Below, piece after piece: positions 1 to 10,076 of a DNA stretch of 64,000 nucleotides. The notes beneath the pieces are model-generated. The model was not told where the DNA came from. It searched no databases and was given only the letters and a program-made list of their open reading frames with translations. Each line of letters opens with the position of its first letter. Position 1 is the stretch's first letter. Made by a program: the position numbers and the translations under genes. The stretch is from Chloroflexota bacterium (lineage in GTDB: Bacteria > Chloroflexota > Anaerolineae > Anaerolineales > DRMV01): the NCBI GenBank assembly GCA_011322445.1, contig DRMV01000043.1, positions 73,948-137,947 on the forward strand. The letters are read 5' to 3'.

Positions 1-235
1 CGAAAACATGAGAAAAGCGTATCCCAGATAATGAAAGTTTCAGGACAGCAACGTTTCGGCACAGGCACGCCCTCCTCTCGCGAAGAGAACGCCGGGCACG
101 CCCGCCATCTGTGCTCAGGGTGCTAATTTTACCACTTTGGAGTAAAATTGCCCCAGCGCTGAGACGCGATCTTCCTCTGCAGGCCCAACCCTTGCCAACA
201 AACGCCTGCCATCCCTTCCCACAGAGAGGTTCCCA

Positions 236-1195
236 ATGCTTCGTGCCTGGCTCATTTATCTTTCCAAAGCAGCATGGGCTCAACGTCTCATGACCCATTG
301 GCGCCCCGCCTGGCGAGTGGCTTCCCGCTTCGTCGCGGGCAGCAAACTGGAAGATGCCATCCGTGTCATCCAGGCCTTCAATGCTCAAGGCATGTTCGTC
401 ACCTTAGACCACCTGGGGGAAGCCACCACCAACCTGGACGAAGCCCAGCAAGCCACCGAACACATCCTCGCCATGCTGGACGCTATCGACCAAGCGCAAG
501 TCAAGGCCAATGCTTCTATCAAACTGACCCAAATTGGCCTTGCCCTGGACCGAGAGGCCTGCAAAGCCAACCTGCGCCGCATCCTCAGCCGCGCCAGGGA
601 ACACAACATCATGGTGCGCATCGACATGGAAGACTCGCCGTGGGTGGATGCCACCCTGGAACTCTACCATGAAATGCGCGCCGAGGGGTTAGACAACGTC
701 GGCGTGGTCATCCAGTCTTACCTCTACCGCAGCGAAGAAGACGTCCGCAAGTTGATGGCCGAAGGGGCGCGGGTGCGGCTTGTCAAAGGGGCTTACAAAG
801 AGCCGCCCGAGATCGCCTACCCCAAGAAGCAGGATGTGGACGCCAGTTACGACCGCCTGACGCGCTTGCTGATCGACGGGGCAAAAGCCGCGGGCGCGCC
901 CTCAGTGAGCGAGGATGGCAAATGGCCACCCATCCCAGCCATCGGCACCCACGACGAAGCCCGCATTGCCTACGCCAAAGAGTATGCGGCCAGTGTTGGG
1001 CTCCCCAAACAGGCGCTGGAATTCCAAATGCTTTACGGCATTCGCCGCGACCTGCAACGCCAACTGGCAGAGGAAGGCTACCCGGTGCGCATTTACGTGC
1101 CTTACGGCACCGAATGGTACCCCTACTTCATGCGCCGCCTAGCCGAGCGCCCGGCCAACCTGTGGTTCTTCATTTCAAACTTCTTCCGCAAATAA
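236..1195 (+). CDS. proline dehydrogenase (monofunctional PRODH)
   Basis: 319-aa ORF with PRODH hallmarks (VTLDHLGE, VRIDMEDS, VIQSYLYRS, VRLVKGAYKEP, GTHDE, EFQMLYGIR, C-terminal WYPYFMRRLAERPANL). GAGAGG lies 6 nt upstream of the ATG. Confidence 0.85.
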   Translation: MLRAWLIYLSKAAWAQRLMTHWRPAWRVASRFVAGSKLEDAIRVIQAFNAQGMFVTLDHLGEATTNLDEAQQATEHILAMLDAIDQAQVKANASIKLTQIGLALDREACKANLRRILSRAREHNIMVRIDMEDSPWVDATLELYHEMRAEGLDNVGVVIQSYLYRSEEDVRKLMAEGARVRLVKGAYKEPPEIAYPKKQDVDASYDRLTRLLIDGAKAAGAPSVSEDGKWPPIPAIGTHDEARIAYAKEYAASVGLPKQALEFQMLYGIRRDLQRQLAEEGYPVRIYVPYGTEWYPYFMRRLAERPANLWFFISNFFRK

Positions 1196-1198
1196 TGC

Positions 1199-1232
1199 CA
1201 ACGGGGAAGCCAAATGGCTTCCCCGTTGATTT
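1199..1232. terminator. bidirectional hairpin terminator between convergent genes
   Basis: Perfect 13-bp stem CAACGGGGAAGCC/GGCTTCCCCGTTG with AAAT loop, followed by ATTT. It lies between the PRODH stop (1195) and the HNH gene stop (1287). Confidence 0.6.
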
Positions 1233-1286
1233 AAGCCTCAACGAAGGCCTGAAGGGGGGGGGAAACCCGCCAAGTCTCCGGGGGTT

Positions 1287-1802
1287 TTACCACCCTTGCA
1301 GGAAATCCTCCCATTCGCGGTGGGATTCCAGATAACGGCGAAAGCGATACCACGCGCTGGCAGGCGGCGGGGCAGGCGGCTTCAGCAAATGCATGTGGGC
1401 CTCTTCCAACGTGCGCCCGCCTTTACGAGCGTTGCAGGCCGCGCAGGCCGTGACGAGGTTATCCCACGAGTCGCCCCCACCCAACCGCCTGGGCACCACG
1501 TGGTCAATCGTGGGATGCGCTACCCTGCGACCGCAATACTGGCAGGTGTAATTATCGCGGCGAAAAATTTCCAGCCGGTTGAGGGGCACGCGAGGCCGCG
1601 GCCGCCTCACCATGTAGGCCAGCCGAATCACCGAAGGCACCTCAAACACCTGTTGTACCGTATGAATAACCCCGCGTCCGTTGAGCACCAGATGCGCCTT
1701 GCCGGTCACCAGCAAAACAACCGCCCGCCGGACGGTACACACATCCAGCGGCTCGTAATTGGCATTCAACACCAACACCGGTGCACGCAATCGAGCAACC
1801 AT
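1287..1802 (-). CDS. HNH endonuclease family protein
   Basis: 171-aa ORF with HNH core CQYCG..HPTIDHVVPRRLGGGDSWDNLVTACAACNARKGG. RBS-like GGTGGGAAG sits before the ATG. Confidence 0.85.
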   Translation of the reverse strand: MVARLRAPVLVLNANYEPLDVCTVRRAVVLLVTGKAHLVLNGRGVIHTVQQVFEVPSVIRLAYMVRRPRPRVPLNRLEIFRRDNYTCQYCGRRVAHPTIDHVVPRRLGGGDSWDNLVTACAACNARKGGRTLEEAHMHLLKPPAPPPASAWYRFRRYLESHREWEDFLQGW

Positions 1803-1823
1803 CTTCCCACCCCGCGAGATTGT

Positions 1824-1852
1824 TTGCCATTATAGCACAACAGGGGTAGAAT
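1824..1852 (+). promoter_or_regulatory. sigma70-type promoter for the 1898 gene
   Basis: TTGCCA (1824-1829), 17 nt, TAGAAT (1847-1852). AAGGAGG RBS at about 1883, ATG at 1898. Confidence 0.5.
1829..1837 (-). promoter_or_regulatory. extended -10 promoter for the HNH gene
   Basis: Minus strand reads TGCTATAAT, about 27 nt upstream of the HNH ATG (1802). It overlaps the -35 of the divergent plus-strand promoter. Confidence 0.5.
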
Positions 1853-1897
1853 TGAAGCACACCACTGCGTTCCTATCTTTACCAAGGAGGCCTCACC

Positions 1898-2338
1898 ATG
1901 GACATGACCGCATTTTGGTGGTTTTTCGGTGCCCTGCTGGTCATTTTCTTCTTCATCTTCGTGTTTTCGCTCTACGATGTCGGCCCGGCGGTCAAAGAAT
2001 CATACCACCCCGCGCCCTCGCCCGTCATTCCCCATCATCACGCTGAAGAGGCACCGGCTTCCAAAGCCGCCGCGCCCGCCGCTGAAGATGACCTGAGAAA
2101 AATCGAGGGCATCGGCCCCAAAATTGAAGCCGCGCTCAAGCAGGCCGGCATCCGCACTTTTGCCGATTTAGCCGCCAAAACGCCGGAAGAATTGCAGGCC
2201 GTGCTCGACGCTGCGGGTTTCGCCCGCATCAGCAACCCCGAAACGTGGCCCGAACAGGCAGCCCTGGCCGCCAAAGGCGATTGGGAAGCCCTGGCCGCCC
2301 TGCAGGGAACCCTCAAAGGCGGTCGCCGCCGCGCCTGA
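1898..2338 (+). CDS. membrane-anchored helix-hairpin-helix domain protein
   Basis: 146-aa ORF with an N-terminal hydrophobic helix (FWWFFGALLVIFFFIFVF), an A/P-rich linker, then an HhH-like segment LRKIEGIGPKIEAALKQAGIRTFADLA. Strong RBS. Confidence 0.6.
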   Translation: MDMTAFWWFFGALLVIFFFIFVFSLYDVGPAVKESYHPAPSPVIPHHHAEEAPASKAAAPAAEDDLRKIEGIGPKIEAALKQAGIRTFADLAAKTPEELQAVLDAAGFARISNPETWPEQAALAAKGDWEALAALQGTLKGGRRRA

Positions 2339-2446
2339 CCTTTCTCTTCCTCCCTGCCTTTCGTTACGCCCGGCCCGTTCCCTGGCTGATCAATGCAACA
2401 GGGGAACGGGCTATTGTTTCAAGAGCCCGCCTTACCGGAGATTATC

Positions 2447-2890
2447 ATGGCCACATCCACACCTTCAACGGAACGCCCCTCCGATTCCCCCGACGCCATC
2501 GAAGAAAAAGCCCATTTGCATCAGGTTGGTCTGCAACACCTCGTGGCCCAGGAAGCCACCCTGGAAGAAACGGCTGTGGGGAAAATGAGCGCCGGTGACG
2601 TGAAGTGCAGCGAGACTGCCGTCGGCCTGCTGCGCGCCCGCAGCGCCACGCTGAACGATAGCATGGTTAGCGCCCTGGCCGCCCACCAGGTCTTTGCCGA
2701 TGAAAGCATTGCCGCCGGCCTCCTCGCCGCTCGCCAGGTTGAAGCGCCAGAGGTAGAAGCCAAAATCCTGCTGGCAGGCGAAGTCAAAGGCCACGTGACC
2801 ACGCTGCTCGACACCCCGTTGGCCTTGCTGGCAGGGGCCGCCGCGGGTGCAGTTTTTGCTCTGGTCACCTGGCTACTGCGCCGGAAGTAA
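2447..2890 (+). CDS. hypothetical tail-anchored membrane protein
   Basis: ORF 2393-2890. ATG 2447 is preferred because GGAG lies 7 nt upstream. C-terminal TM LALLAGAAAGAVFALVTWLL followed by RRK. No family recognised. Confidence 0.45.
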   Translation: MATSTPSTERPSDSPDAIEEKAHLHQVGLQHLVAQEATLEETAVGKMSAGDVKCSETAVGLLRARSATLNDSMVSALAAHQVFADESIAAGLLAARQVEAPEVEAKILLAGEVKGHVTTLLDTPLALLAGAAAGAVFALVTWLLRRK

Positions 2891-2953
2891 ACGACCGCTT
2901 TGCCCCCCGAAGATCGGGTGTAACCCCATTCAGCCCGCCAGCAAAAGCGCAAA

Positions 2954-3009
2954 GGCAAAGAGCGCAAAGAGCATTTCTGTCTCTTCTGTGCTCTGTGGTT
3001 CTCTTTGCC
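2954..3009. terminator. composite hairpin between convergent genes
   Basis: Outer perfect 9-bp stem GGCAAAGAG/CTCTTTGCC enclosing an inner AGAGCA/TGCTCT stem. It lies between stop 2890 (+) and stop 3048 (-). Confidence 0.4.
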
Positions 3010-3047
3010 AAAGCCCAACAGTTACGCTCGGCTTCTCGGGTTTCCTC

Positions 3048-4466
3048 TCACCGCACACCGACAAAATACTGCTGCTCAACCGTTTGCCAGGTTTCGCTTT
3101 CCGGCAAAGCGAGGAAAGCCGCCAGCGCCGGCGCCACGGCGCCGATTTCCTCAGCCATGCGCCACGCCACCCGCCGAATGGAAAAATGGGCATTCGGTGC
3201 GGTGCGCAGCCGCAGGAAGTGGAAGGCTTCGCGCAGGTTGAAGGCCGCCAGCACCCGCCGGTTGAACCCGTTGGGCACCACATACGCCGCCACGTCGGGA
3301 TTCCAGGCAGCCAGAACCTCGTAGGTCTCCGCCGCGGCTTCCATTGCGGCGCGATAGTCGTCTTCCAGGCCAATCTCGGCCACCAGACGCGGCACGGCAT
3401 AGCCCAACCGCGCCGTCAACGCCTGCGGTGACTGGCTCATCATCCGGTGGCGCTTGAATTCGTAATAAGCCCCCTGATCCATCACCAGGTCAAACGTAAA
3501 CGCCGCGTATTCCAGCGCCCGCGGCGGAATGTCGCGGAAATCCAGCGCGCCCAGCAATTCCGCCGCCAGGGTGCGCCGCGCCTCAGCCGAAAGGCCGCGA
3601 GCATAGTTGAGGTAATCAACGTAAGGGCGGTCACCGTGGCGGTAAAGCGCCGCCGCCAGCACGCGGGCTTCCGCCCCGCGGTCCCACGAAACCAGGTGGC
3701 ACCAGTCTTCAGCATAGGTGCCGCCGCCGCGGAAATCGGCCGTGCGGGCGCGCAGGGCTTCCCGCGCCTGCTGCCAGCCGCGCACGGGCGCCACATGGCG
3801 CACCAGCGTGGGCGTTTCAGCCTCAGCCACCTGTTGCAGCACCGCCCCCAGCTGCCGCACCTCGGCGAAGGGGTGGGAAAGCATCTTTCGCAGGCTGTGC
3901 GCCAGCGCGCGGGCGTTGATGGTCATGCCCAGCGTGACCTGCGAAGCCGCGGGCAGCAGGAAACGGCAGACATCGGCATAGCGGGAACGGTGGCGGGCAT
4001 CCCAGCGGGTGGGGTCTTCCCCCGCAGCGGGCGGGTCTCGGCGGGCGATTTCGGCACGCGCGCTTTCCATACAGCGGTGATACGCCGCGAAGAGCGCCTG
4101 CACGGTTTCCCGGTAGCGCGCCGTCAGGTCGGGGCGGGCTTCCAGTTCCGGCGGGGTGACGAAATCCTCCGGCCCGAAGGGCTGGTAGCGGCTGGATTTT
4201 TCGGTGTAGGATGCCAGGCGGTGCGATTCCACCACCTCGGTCGCCAGGCGAGAAAGCCCCTCTACGGCAATGTGCAGCACGGCATGTTCAGCCACCGACG
4301 CATGGCCGTAGCCGATGACCCACTTTTCGTGAAAGCGCGCGCTGGCAGCCTCGCTGAGTTCCTCCGCGGTGGCATCCAGCGGCTGCGGCGAGCGGGAAGC
4401 CTTCGCGAAGGCCACCGCAATCACTTCAGGGGCATAGCGGCGGGGGGAAAGCAAATAAACGCGCAT
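3048..4466 (-). CDS. thyX: FAD-dependent thymidylate synthase, tandem (two ThyX-like domains in one chain)
   Basis: N-half: HASVAEH..EGLSR..SHRLASYTEKSSRY and RFLLPAASQVTLGMTINARALAHSLRKM. C-half: LEYAAFTFDLVMDQGAYYEFKRHRMMSQS and NLREAFHFLRLRT. Start ATG 4466 (GAGG RBS) lies 11 nt after the ribF stop. Confidence 0.75.
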   Translation of the reverse strand: MRVYLLSPRRYAPEVIAVAFAKASRSPQPLDATAEELSEAASARFHEKWVIGYGHASVAEHAVLHIAVEGLSRLATEVVESHRLASYTEKSSRYQPFGPEDFVTPPELEARPDLTARYRETVQALFAAYHRCMESARAEIARRDPPAAGEDPTRWDARHRSRYADVCRFLLPAASQVTLGMTINARALAHSLRKMLSHPFAEVRQLGAVLQQVAEAETPTLVRHVAPVRGWQQAREALRARTADFRGGGTYAEDWCHLVSWDRGAEARVLAAALYRHGDRPYVDYLNYARGLSAEARRTLAAELLGALDFRDIPPRALEYAAFTFDLVMDQGAYYEFKRHRMMSQSPQALTARLGYAVPRLVAEIGLEDDYRAAMEAAAETYEVLAAWNPDVAAYVVPNGFNRRVLAAFNLREAFHFLRLRTAPNAHFSIRRVAWRMAEEIGAVAPALAAFLALPESETWQTVEQQYFVGVR

Positions 4467-4476
4467 GAGAGCCTCG

Positions 4477-5475
4477 TTACTTGAGGGCTTCGCCATCTGG
4501 CGGTGCGCCATGCGGGGCAGAAGAAAGCGTTGCCTCATGAGGCGGCCAGGGCATGGCCTGCAGCACCTCGCGCGCCGCGGCAACATCGCGGGCAATTTGC
4601 GCGGCCAACGCTTCGGCCGAGGAGAACCGCTGCTCAGGACGCAAGCGACGCATAAAATGCACGGTCACCGTCTGGCCGTAGAGGTTGCCGGAAAAATCGA
4701 GCAAATGGGCTTCCAGCCGCGGGGCAACAGGGCGCTGCTCAAAAGTGGGGCGCACCCCCAGGTTGACTACCGCCGGATGCGCCCCTGTCGCCGTTTCAGC
4801 CCAGCAAGCATATACCCCTGCCGCGGGCATCATACGCCGCGGCCACACGGCCAGGTTGGCCGTGGGAAAGCCCAAATGCCGTCCCCGCCCATCGCCCTGC
4901 ACTACCTCGCCAGGTACAGCATAAGGCCGCCCCAACAGGCGCGCGGCCAGTTCAACTTCGCCGCGCGCCAGGGCTTTCCGAATACGGGTCGAAGAAACCA
5001 CCTCACCATCCAGGCGGTAGGCTTCGACCACATGCAAGGTATAGCCAAGAGCCTCGCCCAACCGCCGCAGGGTGGGAATATCGCCTTCCCGATTGCGGCC
5101 CAGGGCAAAATCGTAGCCTACCCACAGCCGCCGCAGCCCCAGATGGGCGCGCAGGTCTTCCATGAAATCGCGCGCACTACGCCGGGCAATGCGCCGGTCG
5201 AAAGGATGCGTGACGAGCACATCCACCCCCAAACGGGCAATCCGGGCGGCTTTTTCTTCAGGGGTAGAGAGGTAAAAAGGGTTCGGGCGATTGCCCAACA
5301 CCTCGGCGGGATGAGGATAAAACGTCACCACCACCGCGGGCGCGTCATGCGCCCGCGCCTCGGCCACAAAATCTCGCAAGAGGGCCTGGTGCCCACGATG
5401 CACGCCATCAAAAGCGCCAATCGTCACCCATGCCCCTTGCAAATGCAGCGGCTCCAGGGAAGTGAAATGCTGCAT
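4477..5475 (-). CDS. ribF: bifunctional riboflavin kinase / FAD synthetase
   Basis: 332-aa ORF with GAFDGVHRGHQ nucleotidyltransferase motif and a C-terminal riboflavin kinase domain (GFPTANL, PTFE). Confidence 0.9.
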   Translation of the reverse strand: MQHFTSLEPLHLQGAWVTIGAFDGVHRGHQALLRDFVAEARAHDAPAVVVTFYPHPAEVLGNRPNPFYLSTPEEKAARIARLGVDVLVTHPFDRRIARRSARDFMEDLRAHLGLRRLWVGYDFALGRNREGDIPTLRRLGEALGYTLHVVEAYRLDGEVVSSTRIRKALARGEVELAARLLGRPYAVPGEVVQGDGRGRHLGFPTANLAVWPRRMMPAAGVYACWAETATGAHPAVVNLGVRPTFEQRPVAPRLEAHLLDFSGNLYGQTVTVHFMRRLRPEQRFSSAEALAAQIARDVAAAREVLQAMPWPPHEATLSSAPHGAPPDGEALK

Positions 5476-5478
5476 GGG

Positions 5479-6402
5479 TCAGGAAGCGAAGAAGACTTTC
5501 TTCGGTTGCAGTTCGTCGCTCTCGGCGATGTAAACCATTACCGCTACCAGGTCGCCCTGCTCGGTCAGCGCCCGCACCATTTGGCCGTCGGTGAGTTCCA
5601 GATCTTTGGGCTTGATGCGGTGGCCGTGGCGCACCCGTTCCACCTCATCGGGGTCGAGTTCAATCATCGGCCATTCGGTCAGGGCCTCAGCCGCGGGGAT
5701 AAGGTAACGATACCACTCGCCTTTGCGGAAGGCTTCTTCCAGGCGACGCAGGGGCACAGCATCCCGCAGCGTAAAACGGCCGCTCTGGGTGCGGCGCAGG
5801 CCCACCAGGTGCGCGCCGCAGCCAAGTTCCTTGCCAATATCGTGAGCCAGCGAGCGCACATACGTGCCGGAGGAACAATGCACGTCAACCACCACTTCCG
5901 GCGGCGCCCATTCCAGCAGTTCCAGGCTATAAACCTTGATTTTGCGCGGCTGAAGGTTGACTTCCTCACCCTTGCGCGCCATATCGTAAGCCCGGCGGCC
6001 TTTCACCCGCACCGCGGAATAAGGCGGCGGCACCTGCTCGATCTCGCCCACGAATTTCTGCAAAATCTGCTCAAATTGCTCTTCGGTAATCGTTTCCCAC
6101 GGCGCCGAGCTGGTGGTGCGGCCTTCAGCATCGTAGGTATCGGTGGCACTCCCCAGGCGAATGGTCGCCATGTAGCGCTTGTCGGAAGCGGAAACCCACT
6201 CGCTCAGGCGCACCGCGGGGCCAATCAGCACCACCAGCACCCCCGAAGCCCGCGGGTCCAGCGTCCCGGTATGCCCGGCGCGGCGAATGCCAGTGCCGCG
6301 ACGGATGACCTGCACAACCTGGTGGGAGGTCATGCCTACGGGCTTGTCCACCACCAGTACCCCCGAAACAACATCGCGAATCATACTTTCAGTGTCCATC
6401 AA
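5479..6402 (-). CDS. truB: tRNA pseudouridine(55) synthase
   Basis: VVDKPVGMTSHQVV and GHTGTLDPRASGVL catalytic-Asp motif, plus a C-terminal PUA-like region. Confidence 0.9.
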   Translation of the reverse strand: MMDTESMIRDVVSGVLVVDKPVGMTSHQVVQVIRRGTGIRRAGHTGTLDPRASGVLVVLIGPAVRLSEWVSASDKRYMATIRLGSATDTYDAEGRTTSSAPWETITEEQFEQILQKFVGEIEQVPPPYSAVRVKGRRAYDMARKGEEVNLQPRKIKVYSLELLEWAPPEVVVDVHCSSGTYVRSLAHDIGKELGCGAHLVGLRRTQSGRFTLRDAVPLRRLEEAFRKGEWYRYLIPAAEALTEWPMIELDPDEVERVRHGHRIKPKDLELTDGQMVRALTEQGDLVAVMVYIAESDELQPKKVFFAS

Positions 6403-6449
6403 TTACTCCCTCTCAAAAGTGTGGTGAGTTTCGTCAAGGGTTTTCGCCA

Positions 6450-7403
6450 TCACAACAAGGCGCGTGTGGCTTCCAGCACCTTAGCCTGCACTTCAGCCAA
6501 AGTGCCGGAAATCGTCGCGCCGGAAGCCGGAGCGTGGCCGCCGCCCCCAAAGCGCACCGCCACCCCGGAAACGTCCCAACCCGGGCGGGCCCGCCAACTG
6601 ACCTTGACGGTGTTGTTTTCCTGCTCGATGAAAATCACGCCGATGGCTGCCCCCCGCACGGTCACCAGGTAGCCCACCAAATCGGCGTCGTCATTGCCGC
6701 CGTAGCCGCTGATTTTGCGGTCTTCCAGCGTCAGGGAAGTCCACACCAGGCCGCCTTCCCGCTGAATGCGGCTCAGCCCCTGCCCCCAATAGCGCAGGGC
6801 TTCGAAACTGCGCTCCACCAGCGCCTTGAAATACAGTTCGCTGAGGGGTGCGCCGCGGTCAACCAGGTCGGCAGCAAGGCGCAGGGCCTGGGCGGTCATG
6901 TTCGACGTGCGGAAGCCGATGGTATCGGTCAACATGCCGGTCAACAGCGCCGAGGCGGCTTCCGGGGTAATTTCCAGCCCCCAGCGGGGCAGCAATTCGG
7001 CCAGCATGGCCGCCGTGGCCACAGCCTGCGGCGCTACAATGTTCACAGCAGCAAAGCGAGTGTTGGTTTTATGATGATCGATGTTGATGTCCACCGGCCA
7101 ATCGGCCTGCCACGCCTTGCCGCCCCGTTCATGGTCGCCGCAGTCCACGAAAACCTTGCAATCGGCTTCAGGGTCGCCGCGGGAAACCACGGTGTCGGCG
7201 CCAGGCAAATGGCGGCAGCAGGAAGGCACACCATCGGCCAGCGCCACCGTGACGGTTTTGCCTGCGGCGCGCAGGGCCAGCGCCAGTCCCAGGGCAGAGC
7301 CCACCGCGTCGCCATCGGGGCTGACATGCGAAACAATGCTCACCGTGCGCGCAGCCCGCAGGCGCTCGCCGGCAGCGGTGACGGCTTCGGGCTCAAAGGT
7401 CAT
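6450..7403 (-). CDS. nrnA: DHH-family phosphoesterase (NrnA-like oligoribonuclease/pAp phosphatase)
   Basis: SHVSPDGDAVGS, DHH (NIDHHKTN) and GGGH motifs. Sits in the conserved position between rbfA and truB. Confidence 0.8.
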   Translation of the reverse strand: MTFEPEAVTAAGERLRAARTVSIVSHVSPDGDAVGSALGLALALRAAGKTVTVALADGVPSCCRHLPGADTVVSRGDPEADCKVFVDCGDHERGGKAWQADWPVDINIDHHKTNTRFAAVNIVAPQAVATAAMLAELLPRWGLEITPEAASALLTGMLTDTIGFRTSNMTAQALRLAADLVDRGAPLSELYFKALVERSFEALRYWGQGLSRIQREGGLVWTSLTLEDRKISGYGGNDDADLVGYLVTVRGAAIGVIFIEQENNTVKVSWRARPGWDVSGVAVRFGGGGHAPASGATISGTLAEVQAKVLEATRALL

Positions 7404-7438
7404 GGTTCCTCTCGTAGGCTATAGGGGCAATGGAAGGC

Positions 7439-7837
7439 TCAAGCAGCATCGTCATCGGCCTCGGTTGGGGCTTGTTCGCCGCGCGCTTCGCGCTCGGCCC
7501 GAATTTGCTCTAACAGGGCCTCAATGCGCTCGGCGCGCTCCGGGGTCGGGTCCCAGTGGAAACGCAGTCGCGGGAACTGACGCAGTTCCACCCGACGGGC
7601 CAATTCACGGCTCAGAAAACCGCGGGCGTGTTCCAGCCCTTCCAAAATTTCCTCGCGCCGTTCTGAACCCTCTACCGCCGAAACGAACACATCGGCATAG
7701 GCCAGTTCGCGATCCACGCGGACATCAGTCACGCTCGCGCCGCGCACCCGCGGGTCAGCCACTTCGTAAAGTAACAACAGGGCCAGTTCTTCTTTCAAAC
7801 GTTCGTTGATGCGGCGGAGCCGCAATTGCGAAACCAT
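7439..7837 (-). CDS. rbfA: ribosome-binding factor A
   Basis: 132-aa ORF with R..RINE.LKEELA.LL and ITDVRVS/DL-like core. Directly downstream of infB. Confidence 0.9.
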   Translation of the reverse strand: MVSQLRLRRINERLKEELALLLLYEVADPRVRGASVTDVRVDRELAYADVFVSAVEGSERREEILEGLEHARGFLSRELARRVELRQFPRLRFHWDPTPERAERIEALLEQIRAEREARGEQAPTEADDDAA

Positions 7838-7849
7838 GTCACCCTCCGA

Positions 7850-9664
7850 TTACCAGCCGCTTTCTTCCACTTCGGTGCGCGTACGGGTGAAGCATTCGAT
7901 GATGTCGCCCACTTTGAAATCCTGAAAGCCTTTGAGAGCAATGCCGCACTCGAAGCCTTCGCGAATTTCACGGACGTCTTCCTTTTCATGTTTGAGGGAA
8001 GCCAGGGGCCCCTCAAACAGCACCTCATTGCCACGCACCACACGGGCGAGGGCGTTCCGGCGAATGACGCCTTCCCGCACACGGCAACCGGCCACCTTGC
8101 CCGCCTTGGGGATCTTGAACACGGCCAGCACTTCGGCCTTGCCGAGGGTGGTTTCCTCTTCTTCGCCGCCCAGCATGCCTTTGAGGGCTTTTTCCAAATC
8201 CTCGGTCAGCCGGTAGATGATGTTGTAGGTGCGAATGGAAACCCCCAGGCTTTCGGCCAGTTTGCGCGCTGGGGCATCGGGGCGCACATTGAAACCGATC
8301 ACCACGGCTTTGGAAGCCGCCGCGAGGTTGACATCGTTTTCGCTGATGTTACCCACCGAAGCGTGCAACACGCGCACTTTGATTTCACTCTTTTCGGCCA
8401 CTTCCTGAATGGAATTAACCACCGGCTCGAGGGAGCCGTGGACGTCGACCTTGACGACCAAACGCAGTTCGTTGGTCTCGCCGGCCTGCACCTGCTCGAA
8501 GAGGTCTTCCAGGGAAATCTGGCGTGTTTCTTGCTGCGCTTTGGCACGGGCAGCGTCTTGCCGCCGGGCCACGATCTCGCGAGCGACTTTCTCGTTTTCC
8601 ACCACGCGGAAGAGTTCGCCCGCGGCAGGCACATCCACAAAACCCAACACCTGCACCGGCATGGAAGGCGGGGCTTCGCGTACAGCCTTGCCATGCTCGT
8701 CGGTCATGGCACGGATTTTGCCGTACGTCGTTCCCGCCACAACCACCTGGCGGAGTTTCAGCGTGCCATTTTGCACCAGCAGCGTCGCCACGACCCCGCG
8801 CCCTTTTTCCCGGCGGGCTTCGATGACCGTCCCGATAATGCGCCCGCGAGGGTTGGCCCGAATTTCCATGCTGTCGGCCACCAACAGGATGGCTTCCAGC
8901 AGGTCTTCGATGCCTTCGCCCTGTTTGGCGGAAACCGGCACGACCATGGTTTCACCGCCCCATTCGTCGGGCACCAGCCCCACATCGGCCAGTTGACGTT
9001 TGACACGCTCCGGGTTGGCATTGGGGCGGTCGATTTTGTTGAGTGCCACGATGATGGGCACCCGGGCGGCTTTGGCGTGGTCAATGGCTTCCCGCGTCTG
9101 GGGCATCACACCGTCGTCAGCGGCCACCACCAGCACCACGATGTCGGCACCTTGCGCGCCGCGCGCCCGCATGGCGGTAAAGGCTGCATGGCCGGGGGTG
9201 TCGAGGAAGGTGATTTTGCGCCCATCGTGCACCACCTGATAAGCACCAATATGCTGGGTGATACCGCCGGCCTCGCGCTGAGCAACATTGGTGTGACGAA
9301 TGGCGTCGAGGAGGGTGGTTTTGCCGTGGTCGACATGCCCTAACACAGCAACCACCGGGGGGCGGGGCTGCAGTTGGTCTTCCGGCTCGTCGGCAATCAG
9401 CCGCCGCCAGAGGGGAATTTCCGCCTCGGCCTCTGTTTCCAGTTCTTCTTCTGGTTCTTCCAACACCACTTCGTAGCCCAGTTCAGTGGCTACGATTTCT
9501 GCAGTTTCAAAATCGATCGTCTGGTTAATAGAAGCCATGACCCCATTCGCCATCAACGTTTTGATGAGGTCGATGGGGCTGGCTTTCAAAGCCTCAGCGA
9601 GTTGACGCACTGTCATGCTCGCCGGAAGCGTAATCGGCTCCCGCCCGTTCTGTGTCATGTTCAC
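7850..9664 (-). CDS. infB: translation initiation factor IF-2
   Basis: 604 aa. G domain [22 protein letters not shown]-terminal IF-2 domains. Confidence 0.95.
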   Translation of the reverse strand: MNMTQNGREPITLPASMTVRQLAEALKASPIDLIKTLMANGVMASINQTIDFETAEIVATELGYEVVLEEPEEELETEAEAEIPLWRRLIADEPEDQLQPRPPVVAVLGHVDHGKTTLLDAIRHTNVAQREAGGITQHIGAYQVVHDGRKITFLDTPGHAAFTAMRARGAQGADIVVLVVAADDGVMPQTREAIDHAKAARVPIIVALNKIDRPNANPERVKRQLADVGLVPDEWGGETMVVPVSAKQGEGIEDLLEAILLVADSMEIRANPRGRIIGTVIEARREKGRGVVATLLVQNGTLKLRQVVVAGTTYGKIRAMTDEHGKAVREAPPSMPVQVLGFVDVPAAGELFRVVENEKVAREIVARRQDAARAKAQQETRQISLEDLFEQVQAGETNELRLVVKVDVHGSLEPVVNSIQEVAEKSEIKVRVLHASVGNISENDVNLAAASKAVVIGFNVRPDAPARKLAESLGVSIRTYNIIYRLTEDLEKALKGMLGGEEEETTLGKAEVLAVFKIPKAGKVAGCRVREGVIRRNALARVVRGNEVLFEGPLASLKHEKEDVREIREGFECGIALKGFQDFKVGDIIECFTRTRTEVEESGW

Positions 9665-9731
9665 CTCCTTGGAGGTCCGCCCGTCGTGGCGGCCCTACGA
9701 TTCCATTCCGGCGTCGGCCGAAATGCGCGCT

Positions 9732-10055
9732 TTAGCCAGCGCGTGATGATGCTTCCGCGGCGTCTTCCTCACCGTCGTCGGGAAGCACGGCCATAAAAGC
9801 CTTCAAGCGTGCAATATCGTCGTCGGTCAGCTCGACCCGCAGGGCGCGGGCCAGCGTACCTTTCTTGAGCGCCCGCTCCCAGCAGGCACGCCGATCGTGC
9901 AGGTAGGCTCCCCGGCCAGGCAACCGACCGGTGAGGTCTACCCGCACCCCTTCAGGGGTACGCACCAGCCGCACCAGTTGCCGCTTGGCTAAGGTCTGGT
10001 GGCACCCCACGCAGGTGCGCTGCGGTACGTGTTTGCCACGCCGTTTCTTCGCCAT
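9732..10055 (-). CDS. YlxR/DUF448 family RNA-binding protein
   Basis: 107 aa with RTCVGC...L.R.V motif. In the classical position between nusA and infB. Confidence 0.85.
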   Translation of the reverse strand: MAKKRRGKHVPQRTCVGCHQTLAKRQLVRLVRTPEGVRVDLTGRLPGRGAYLHDRRACWERALKKGTLARALRVELTDDDIARLKAFMAVLPDDGEEDAAEASSRAG

Positions 10056-10076
10056 TTCCGCCTCCTGCGCGGCGGG

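Noticed and set aside
1287-1802. HNH endonuclease as part of a defence or mobile element
   Set aside because: It is a single small HNH gene with its own promoter and terminator, flanked by housekeeping genes. There are no partner methylase, ATPase, recombinase, repeats or compositional break.
4465-6672. 735-aa plus-strand ORF
   Set aside because: It lies antisense to ribF and truB, which have unmistakable family motifs. Its sequence is R/G/P/H/A-rich low-complexity, typical of shadow frames in GC-rich DNA. No start-site signals.
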